The notes beneath the pieces are model-generated. The model was not told where the DNA came from, did not search any database, and saw nothing but the letters and a program-made list of their open reading frames with translations. Shown in pieces: positions 1-11,600 of a stretch of DNA of 64,000 nt (within the stretch, counting starts at the first letter, position 1; every line of letters begins with the position of its first letter). The translations under genes and the position numbers were made by a program. Source of the stretch: Antedon mediterranea (lineage: Eukaryota > Animalia > Echinodermata); contig NC_092673.1 in the NCBI RefSeq assembly GCF_964355755.1, forward strand, positions 15,658,948-15,722,947. The letters run 5' to 3'.

Positions 1-129
1 AATAATTTAATAGGCATGTACACACAGGGTGTGGATCCTGGGTTTTTCAAACAGGGAAAACCCTGACACACTCTCTATATAAAAGTTTAAAGAAAGAAAA
101 GAAAATTTAAACTTTCCTGTAGCACGGTA

Positions 130-2191
130 TGGAAAGCCAAACCCGCCAAAAATACATAATACATACCATCCACCAATAATTAATTCGTACAAAATTCAAA
201 CCATCCAATATTATCTCATGCAGTTCAATGAAAACTTAAACCATTCACCTAGTATCTACACCATCCAATACAATGTGTGACCATCTACCACTAGCCCAAA
301 CGACAGTACGCCGAACAAACTACCCATAACACAAACCATCTAAAGAATGTTGAGCCCAGGCAGCAATAATTGAATTAATCTAACGTTAATACAAGTATAT
401 ATTAGCCAACTCATTTATCAACATTTCATGTAGTTCATGAACATTTCAAACAAAGCATCTTAATTATAGTTCATCGAATTCTAATTCTAATACATTGCCT
501 GTTTTATACACCGTTCGTCTGTTCAACAGTTTAAACAACTGTTTTGCACACGATACGCCCGTTCGTGAGTTCAAACCATGATATTTGAAGCATCGACTTT
601 CCAAATGCCGATTTTTCGCACCGAACGTATTTTCTTGAGTTAAAGTGGTTGCATTTCAATCACTTACTTTCGATTGGCCAGTATTACACACCGTTCGCTT
701 GTTCGTGTTCAAACCATGATATTTGAAGCATCGACTTTCCAAACGGCGATTTTTCGCACCGAACGTATTTTCTTTAGTTAAAGTGGTTGCATTTCAATCA
801 CCTACTTTCGATTGGCCAGTATTACACACCGTTCGCTTGTTCGTGATTTCATGTGATAACATTTCATTCGACAACTTTTCAAACGTTAGTTTTTGGCTCT
901 GCTTACGTATATGTCAGTTGATATACTATTTTTTAATTTTCATACTTTCCATAGTCAGTTTTGTACATCATTCGCATTTACGCATGTAAAGTGTAGATAT
1001 TCCACTCGACAAGTTTTAAACGGTAGTTGTTCGCACATTTATTGTTTTATTGTTAAATTGTAACTGTTGGCGCCGATTTAATATTGAGGGGCGGGGGGGG
1101 GGGTGAATGTCAACTTTACGACTGTATGACACTTACTTAGGCCTAGGCCTACGTTACACACACAGGGAGATGTAAACTAATTTATAAATTTATTTTACAT
1201 CTCCCTGGTTACACACATTATCACAAACTTAAATAAAGAAAAAAAAAAACAGAATGAAATAATATAATTTAGCTTGTGGGCCTGTTACAATTAACATGTC
1301 CATTGTTCCTAAAATGTTCTCATCTTACGGTTGTGGTTGATTTAATATTACACACTACGGAAAAAAAACCCCTTTTTTGAGAGAGTGTAATTTCCGGACA
1401 TGTAGAGATACCATATTTAAAAATGTGTACTGTTCACATTCAGTACCGAACACCTCCCCCCCCCCCCCCAATATAAAATCGGCGCCAACAGTTACAATTT
1501 AACAATAAAAAAAAAACTACCGTTTTAAAACTTGTCGAGTGGAATATCTACACTTTACATGCGTAAATGCGAATGATGTACAAAACTGATGTATGGAAAG
1601 TATGAAAATTAAAAAATAGTATATCAATTGATATATACGTAAGCGGAGCCAAAAGCTAACGTTTGAAAAGTTGTCGAATGAAATGTTATCACATGAAATC
1701 ACGAACAAGCGAACGGTGTGTAATACTGGCCAATCAAAAGTAAGTGATTGAAATGCAACCACTTTAACTCAAGAAAATACGTTCGGTGCGAAAAATCGCT
1801 GTTTGGAAAGTCGATGCTTCAAATATCATGGTTTGAACTCACGAACGGGCGTATCGTGTGCAAAACAGTTGTTTAAACTGTTGAACAGATGAACGGTGTA
1901 TAAAACAGGCAATGTATTAGAATTAGAATTCGATGAACTATAATTAAGATGCTTTGTTTGAAATGTTCATGAACAACATGAAATGTTGATAAATGAGTTG
2001 GCTAATATATACTTGTATCGTTTGGGCTAGTGGTAGATGGTCACACATTGTATTGGATGGTGTAGATACTAGGTGAATGGTTTAAGTTTTCATTGAACTG
2101 CATGAGATAATATTGGATGGTTTGAATTTTGTACGAATTAATTATTGGTGGATGGTATGTATTATGTATTTTTGGCGGGTTTGGCTTTCCA
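130..2191. mobile_element. Non-autonomous foldback/long-TIR DNA transposon (MULE- or foldback-like), about 2.06 kb
   Basis: Arm 130-~1105 is the reverse complement of arm ~1451-2191 (termini TGGAAAGCCAAACCCGCC.../...GGCGGGTTTGGCTTTCCA). Flanked by the direct repeat TAGCACGGTA (120-129 and 2192-2201). The left arm has an extra 138-bp tandem duplication (~569-844). No transposase ORF. Superfamily is inferred. Confidence 0.85.
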
Positions 2192-2355
2192 TAGCACGGT
2201 AAATCTTTGTACTGGTCTGCATTAATAAGGTTGATCATTTTTTTTGACAAATCTTTGTGACCATCTACATTGTTAAACGGTCAATAGAGAGTTTGGGCTA
2301 AGAATTATTGTTTATCACTTATAACTAGTGAAGTTAATACAAGCACACTTATTAA

Positions 2356-2660
2356 AAATATATTTTCCCCCAGAAAAAATTTTTTTTTTAATGTTTTTGT
2401 TGTGTCCTTATAATGTCACATAATAGTTATTTACTTACCAAAAAATTGATCGACAAAAAAATTATTATTTACATGAAAAACTGTAGTTTAGAGCAAAACT
2501 AATTTTTCGGTTGAATTTAAACGTTTATTTCGTCTTTTTATAAGTGAAAACATTATTTTTTTCTATACAAGTGATTAACTTTATTAAACCTAAAAAATGG
2601 CATATTCAAAGTCTGATTTATTAATCTTCATTTTTTATGTTTTTGGGGGACAATACATAT
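2356..2660. mobile_element. MITE of a TTAA-target family (Kolobok-like), degenerate copy
   Basis: TTAA on both sides and right end GGGGGACAATACATAT. Family consensus TIR AGATGTATTGTCCCC/GGGGACAATACATCT is also seen at ~13080-13340, ~21889-22089, ~40990-41326, 41361-41707, 48578-49215 and 60653-60930. Confidence 0.65.
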
Positions 2661-2690
2661 TTAAACTTTCTTTCAATTGTTTACATCCGT

Positions 2691-5600
2691 TTAGTCAGCC
2701 TTAACTTGATGCTGTATTTGTTGCATTTTGATAGAGCTTTCTTGTGTTGCTAACTTGGTTGTACTTGTTAAGAGCTCTTGACATCTGTAATTTAATGAAA
2801 CATATAATAAAATATATATATGTATCACATAAATTGCTGATCTAACACAAAGTAAAGTCAACTGGAATCAGTCAATGATGGCCTGATGTACTCAAAAATA
2901 TTTATTCGGCACGTCATCAATTACAATCTTGCCAGGAGCAAGCAATAGGCATAGGCCTGAACTGCTCTTGCTCCAATGTTAACACATACATGCCCAACAC
3001 TCCCGTTTTGGCCGGGAGACTCCAATATTTTAGACTTGTCTCCCGGTTTTCCACATTTTCTCCCGGATTACAAAGATAACTGAATTTTAATGTATGTGTG
3101 TTTCTTTCTGCATTAAAATATAACAAAAAGGCTTACACTCAAGCAAAACAATTTTTAAGCCATTTGCGTTCCTAATTCCTAATAAATAGTTAACTTAAAA
3201 AAAACACCACCTCTCGCTTTTTTTAAACTTCAGATGTTGGCATTATGTTAACACAAAAATAATTTATAAACAACAAATTAGTTAAAATGACAACACATGA
3301 ACTAAAAATACAAAAGATTTTAAATGTGTAATTTGAGCTTTAATTAAATTCAGTGACCAAAGTTCAATTTTTAATATCTTCTGGAACATTTTTCCATAGT
3401 CTAGGAAAAATCACAAAATAGGATTTTAGAAAAGTGTTGGGCTTTGCCTTCCAATGAATTAATGAGGAGAGTTTAGGAAATAAATACAAATACAGTACAA
3501 CATAAATCCATACAAACCTGGCTATCTCTTTCAGTTCATTTTCAACTGCTTTTTCTAAGGTTTCCGATGCATTAGCAAAGCTGGTCAGTTTTGTTTTTTG
3601 GTGACTAGTGACAAGGCTTATCTCACCCAACAACTTTTGACTTTCATTGAGGGCTCTTTGTAGTTCATCTGTAAATCATTAACAAAATCATCCAATATAT
3701 TTGAATTTAAAATGAGAAAAGGAATACAATACAAGGAAAATAATTGTAACTGAATTAATAATAGGTTATGGTCATACCTTGATAAAAATCTTCATTTTCA
3801 GGTAAAAATATACCGGATGTAGCAAGTTGATGTCTAGTCGTATCCACCCCACGAGCTAGTGTTCTGAACTGTTCTTGAAATGTCTTACAATGAGCTACAA
3901 CTGGGCCTAGCCCTTCACGCTGAAAAACATACAAATTATAAATAGAAAAAGAACTTGAAAGAATATATATACTACCAGCTTTGTTGTTGTTAGACATAGC
4001 GCTTTCTACTATATTGTGCCATTTATTCCTGTCATGGGCCAGGTGTGCCTCAAGCGGGCTTTGGAATAAACCTACCAATTCATTCTCATGTACACCAAGA
4101 AATAATTGGTCGTTTTCCATTGATTAATACACCTAATTTTCATCTGTAGTTTAATTAAAATTGTATATAGGTTTTGTAAACACACAGTATGTAGCACTAC
4201 TGTAAATACTTGGATATAATCCCACTTCAGGTCTAATCCCACCCCCTACTTCACAAAAACAGGCTTATCCCTGGGTATTATTGACTTTTGGTCTTGATGT
4301 AGGCCTCTCTGTAGCCAGTTCAGATGACTTTTTACAAGCAATATTTACCAATCATTTTTACCGGGGTTTCCCAGGGTATAGTTCCACCCCCAAAGTCGGC
4401 CCAATTTTGTGTTCTAGTGGTGTGGGATTATACCAAAGGATATACAGTATTATTAATAAAAAATAAATTTTATAATGGCACTACCTGTACATGTAGCTTT
4501 TTATCAAGCATATTATTGTGTTTTACTCGCTCCAGTTCAAGTTTCAGTGCAAATTGACGCTTCCTTAACTTCTCATTTTCTGACCATAATCCGTACAATT
4601 GAGACTAAAAAAAAATATTAACATATTATTTACAGAGGATTTCAAATAACCTCCATCTTCAATGATGTGAACAGATAAAATCTATAGACTAAAATTAAAC
4701 TTGTATTTGTTTAGAAATACAGTAAACATATTTATTGACAGATCATTATCCCACACACAATTGTTTAAAATGTTTAATAAATTGAGGGAAGACCCAGTCG
4801 GCCTGATCTAACCTCTCCCCAACACTTCCTAATTCCAAAATTTTGGAATTTGAAATGCAACAGACATGACATTCAAGTTCACCACTTTGTATGCATTTGT
4901 TTACCACACAATATGTAAAGCTGAACCAACATATACATTGTGTGCAAGAAAATACCCTTTACTCATACTTAAGATTTTTGGCTTAATTGATTTCTTATTT
5001 TATTTATATAAATAGCGCCATCTAGTGTTCAAATATAGCTACTTTGTTTCTAACAAGCACGAATGTGCAATACTCGGGGTACAGCGAAAGAAGCTGTAAT
5101 GACGTCATAAGACCGGACGTAACGTCACATACACATCAATAACCGCGCTACCAAATACAGCTATACGGTACCATCTTCGAGACGTGATATGGCTGCATTC
5201 GGTTTGAAATTAAAGAATCCGGCTCTATAGCTTTGAGGACATGTCCCTGTAGTATATTCATGCTAAATCCGAGCTCAATAAATAAGGGAGGAGTAGTACT
5301 TTATAAATCGCACTTTTTGCTCAATAGTGTACGTTCGGATGGAAGAAGAAGAGGAAAAGGTGAGAGAGTCCTAGACTCAGGTACCCCGAGTAATAAAACG
5401 AGATATACTCTATATCATATTAAGTATACAGTATATTTCACCATAAAGTTAAAGAAAAAAAGGTTTCGCCGGGGCTCAAACCGGGACCTTCTGCGTGTTA
5501 CGAAACCTCTTACACTAGAAATGTGGGTTACACAAAGTTTTTTAATCCATTTAAATTGCAAATAAATATGGTAATAAGCACAAAGCAAAATAAACATGTG

Positions 5601-8600
5601 TAAAAGTGATAATTACCGATTACACAAAATAAGTATTTAAAAAAATAATAAAAATAAGATATACTGTGTATAATTATCATATTGCGTATACAGTACTTTT
5701 CACCATAAAGTTAAAAAAAAAAGGTTTCGCCCGGGCTCGAACCAGGTACCTTCTGCGTGTTAAGCAAACGTGATAACCACTACGACAAGAAGCCGCATAT
5801 AACTACATAACGCTGTGGTGTGTGTCACACATTGTGGCTTCTTAATTAAACAAATTAACCAAAAAGCACGAATGTGCGATACTCGGGGTACAGCAAATGA
5901 AGCTGTAATGACGTCATAAGACGGGATGTGACGTCACATACACATCAATAACCTAGCAAATACGGCTATATGGTACCATCTTCGAGACGTCATATGGCTG
6001 CATCCGGTTTGAAATTTATAGATTTGAGGGCATGTCCCTGTAGTATATTCATGCCAAATCCCAGCTCAATACTACAACTAATAAGGGAGGAGTAGTACTT
6101 TAAAAATCGCACTTTTTACTCAATAGTGTCCAGATGGAGAAAATGAGTAAGTCCTAGACTCGGGTACCCCGAGTAAAAATTATTTTTCTACCATTAGGTA
6201 CAGACAGATCCAAAGACCATGACATCATTACCTATTTTTAGAAACACTTTATCCACTTACCATAGCTTCTTTTTCTTGTTCCTGAAATGCTTTGCGTGCC
6301 TAATGATAAAAAAAACAAACATAGTTATTTCTTTTTTTTCAAAATTATGGTATAAAAATAGGACTCAACAGATAATGCTGAATAAGATTGCTTTAAATAA
6401 AAGAAAATTATTGACAGATTGGAATATCCCACATTGCAATAAATAGAAATAAAAATGTTAATTATTTGATGCTTTAATACATCGAAGGACCCACGGGGAG
6501 ACCTATAGTCAGATTGATCTACTCCCTTCCCAATCCTTCTTCAATCCTACATTTTGGAAATTGCAATGCACAGTATTACAATACATTAGATTAAGTTCAG
6601 CACTTTTACAATTTTAGGAACCCATCCCTATTCAAAATCATGGATCTGCCATCTTGAATCGACTAATGATTTGTTGATAATGATGATGATGCCAGTGTGA
6701 TGATGATTTTAGTATTGATAAATTTATGATAATAATTTTACCTTTGAATCAAGAAACAGCCATTGTAAATATTCAGTATAAATTCTATCCAAATACGCCT
6801 GGGTTATGTCCTGTGTAAAGAAAACACACAACATCATATTACTTCCGTATATCCTCTGGTATAGTCTCACCATCCTAAAACACAAATACAACTTGGTGGG
6901 ACTATACCCGGAGAAAACCTGGTTCAGGAAAAAAATTATTGGTAAGCATTTCTTCTGAACTGGCTAAAGAAGAGGCTTACATTCAGACCAAAAGTCAATA
7001 CTGGGACTATACCTGGAGATATGTCTGTTTATGAAATCAGACAGAAAGTAGGGGTGGAATTAGACAGAAAGTAGGATTATACCGGAGGATATACAGTATT
7101 ACATTAAATGTGAACCATGTTTAGAAAATAGTATCGCCAAATGTAAACAAATTAGTTCAACATTGCAAAAACCAAATCGAATCGCTATTTTATAATGAAC
7201 ACGCTTCTTCTATAAAAAATATGAGATAATAGGGAGGTTTCGCAACGCTACGAATACGATAACGAAAACGGATACGTCACGCACACGCGCAAAATCTGTT
7301 TCGCATGGCAACGAAATATTGAGGCGCGTCCAAAATATGACTGCGGTAAAATAATTTGAGCGAAGCGAAGGTACGTGTTGCTTGGTGCTTGGCTGCCTAG
7401 GCCTAGCGTAACATCAAAGCGAGTGATGACTTTAAAAATTGCTATTTATCAAAATTGACCTGGAATTTTAGTAAATTACTTTAGTAAATTACTTTCAATA
7501 AATCTATAATTATATTATAATCATGAATCATTCCTAATTCAAATGCAAAATGTGCAAAATAGATCAAAAACTATACTCGTTTTGTAGTTACGAATATGAC
7601 TGGTGATATTCGTCAACACGAATACGCTTTACGAATATGAAATGGGGATCAGCTCAAAAGTTTCACAAATGTATGACATATCCGTTTTCGTTATCGTATT
7701 CGTAAGGTTGCGAAACCTCCCTAATAATGCCAGATTTCAAAATATTACATTGATTGTTGACCTACAACCATACACACTTTGTGTGGTTGAATTAAATTGA
7801 TTGACAAAGTTAATTTGCCAAGGTTCATCCTGGTCTGCGAAAAAAGATTACAACATTATGAGTAAAAGTGGAGTGGAGTGGAGTTGTAGCTTTTTGGTTA
7901 TGATGCTTGGCTACCACTCCAATGGTCCTGGGTTCAAGCCCCGTGACATGTCAGGATTTTTTCTAAAGACCAAATTTACTCCACTCCCAAAGACTTTATT
8001 TATGTAGAGCATCTTGTGTATATGTTTGTCTTGTGAACCTCTGAGGATCCCTAATGATCAGCAATAGCTGGATGGATCACCCTCATTAAATATTGTTAAA
8101 AAAAAAAAAAAACTTGGGGCAAAAATATTGCATCATTACCTCTTTCTTGGAAGTCTTGGCTGTTTGATTGTGTAATGCCTTAATGATAGATGATTGGTTA
8201 ATAGAAGATGCATCTTATTAAAGAATAAAAAGGTTATTGTATTAATGTTATTGTATTAATGTTATTGTATTAATGTTATTGTATCAATGTTATTGTATTA
8301 ATGTTATTGTATTAATGTTATTGTATTAATGTTATTGTATTAATGTTATTGTATTAATGTTATTGTATTAATGTTATTGTATTAATGTTATTGTATTAAT
8401 GTTATTGTATTAATGTTATTGTATTAATGTTATTGTATTAATGTTATTGTATTAATGTTATTGTATTAATGTTATTGTATTAATGTTATTGTATTAATGT
8501 TATTGTATTAATGTTATTGTATTAATGTTATTGTATTAATGTTATTGTATTAATGTTATTGTATTAATGTTATTGTATTAATGTTATTGTATTAATGGTA

Positions 8601-11600
8601 TAGTAGACAGAAGTAGGAGAAATGTTAATACCATAAATCTTCTAATTGTAACCCTGGGTTATTATTCTTTTTTTAGGGTTACTATTAGAGTAGTGGGTTA
8701 CTATTACTAATCTTAAATTAGGCACCTGAAAATAGACCCACCCCCAACTTTTCCGGCCACCAACTCATAGCAAAATAATAAAAAAAAGTATGAATAAACA
8801 AATTTGGTTGAACACCACCAAACCAAACACTCAATCCTCCCCCACTCCCGAGATAAACATTATTTTAAAAATACGGCTGCATCATAAGTTTTTGTGACTC
8901 TAATAGTAACCCCCATGGGTTAATAGAGAGGTTTCGCAATCTTACGAATACGATAACGAAAACAGATACGTCACGCACACGTATTCGTTTTCATAAGCCA
9001 TAAAAAAATCTGTTTCGCATGGCAACGAAATATCGAGGCGCGTCTAAAATATGACTGCGGTAAATTTGAGCGAATCGCAGGTACGTGTTGCTTGGTGCTT
9101 GGCTGTCTAGGCCTAGCGTAACATCAAAGCGAGTGAGGACTTTAAAAACTGCTATTTATAAAAATTGACCTGGCATTTTAGTAAATTACTTTCAATAAAG
9201 TATAATTATATTATAATCATGAATCATTCCTGATTCAAATGCAAAATGTGCAAAATAGACCAAAAACTATACTCGTTTTGTAGTTACGAATATGACTGGT
9301 GATATTCGTCAACATGAATACGCTTAACGAATACGAAATGGGGATCAGCTCAAAAGTTTCACAAATGTGTTATCGTATTCGTAAGGTTGCGAAATCTCCC
9401 TATTAGAGTAGTGGGTTATTATTAGAATTGACTTATATATAGATTGACTTATAAAGTGGTTTACTATTAGAAGGGGGGTTACTATTAGAGTGTGGGTTAC
9501 TATTAGAAGGAGGGGTTACTATTAGAGTGTGGGTGACTATTAGAAGATTTATTAATAAATATATTTTCATTTTAAAATACCAAAAGTTTTAGAACTGTCT
9601 GAAATACCAGACAAGATTGCATTTAAACATTAAATTAAGAATTCTAGAATTCCTTAATACTTTTAACATTGGACGTGTGTTGGTAAATGCATAAATCTTG
9701 TATGACACTATACCTGCATGTGCGATAATTGATTCTTCTAGCATCACAGGCATCTTAGACATAGTTGCTGCCGGAGTTGAAGTCACACCACCAGCCATCT
9801 TTGATCTCATGGGGGTATAAAAGAATTCAGTTTCATTACCACTAGAATGCTTCTTGTGAGATGCTCTGACATCCTCTTGTATATGAGACTGATGTAGATC
9901 AATGTTGCCAGGATGCCTTTTAGAAGACTTCTTGTGAGATGCCCTGACATCCTCTTGTATATGAGACTGATGCAGATCACTGTTGCCAGGGTGCCTTTTA
10001 GAAGACTTCTGGTGAGATGCTCTGACATCCTCCAGTATATGAGACTGATGTAGATCTGGACTACTGGGATGCTTTTTAGAGATTTTGACATCAATTGTAG
10101 GTGTTACATATGACTTTGAATTGAAAGATTTCATTTGTCTGACATCATCCCGTTTTGGAACCTTTTTAAAAGATGACACCTGAACTGGTTTTGTTTTATT
10201 TGATGCAACTTTTCTAGACTGGAATAAAATTTCATTCAAATTTGTTATCACATTTAAGCAAGAATAATACATTTACAATGAAATCATACTAATTGTTATT
10301 CATATCATACAAATAGATATTCATATCACACTAATGGATATTCATATTATACTAATGAATATTCATATCATACTACTGGTTATTCATATCATACAAATGG
10401 CTATTCATATCATACTAATGGATATGAATGAATATCATACTAATGAATATTCATATCATACTAAATGGATATTCATATCATACTAATGAATATTCATATC
10501 ATACTAATGAATATTCATATCATACTATTCATATCAGTTCCAGTAAAGTTCTCAATATCATTGTCAAATTTGTTATCAAATTTGGAAGTTGATACATTTA
10601 CAATAAAATCATACTAATGGTCAATTTGTTTTATTCTTTTTCTATTTTCACTTCTTTTATCATAAATGTATATATATTTTTGATTGAATTTATTATTTTA
10701 CTGTTTTTTCATGATTTAAAGAATTCTGTAGGCATTATTTTTCTTTTATTTTATATAAACAGGACCATATGTAAAACAGTTTATACATCTAAACCTGATA
10801 TGTTTTTATCCTGTATAAATATGTTTTAAATAAATAAATAGCATACTAATGTATATTCATATACTTATGTATATCCATATCATACTAATGGATATTCATA
10901 TCATATTAATGAAGGTTCATATCGGTTCTTGTAAAATTCTCAAAATCATTGTAAAGTTCTCAAAGTCATATTAATGAATATTCATCTTAACTTATTTCTT
11001 GATGGTGATACAAAAAAAAACAACTAAATGGATAATCATATCATACTAATGGATATTCATATCATACAAATGGATATTCATATCATACAAATGGATATTC
11101 ATATCATACTAATGGATATTCATATCATACTAAATGGATATTCATATCATACTAAATGGATATTCATATCATACTAAATGGATATTCATATCATACTAAA
11201 TGGATATTCATATCATACTAAATGGATATTCATATCATACTAAATGGATATTCATATCATACTAAATGGATATTCATATCATACTAAATGGATATTCATA
11301 TCATACTAAATGGATATTCATATCATACTAAATGGATATTCATATCATACTAAATGGATATTCATATCATACTAAATGGATATTCATATCATACTAAATG
11401 GATATTCATATTATATTAAATGGATATTCATATACTAAATGGACATTCATATCATACTAATGGACATTCATATCATACTAAATGGACATTCATATCATAC
11501 TAAATGGACATTCATATCATACTAAATGGACATTCATATCATACTAAATGGATATTCATATCATACTAAATGGATATTCATATCATACTAAATGGATATT

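Noticed and set aside
723-1762. Mirror-image ORFs 723-989 (+) and 1517-1762 (-)
   Set aside because: They are the two arms of the foldback element read in opposite directions, with no protein motifs.
2041-2265. Possible HAUS8 last exon disrupted by the foldback insertion
   Set aside because: The preceding exon (2784-2691) already ends in an in-frame TAA and matches the HAUS8 C-terminus.
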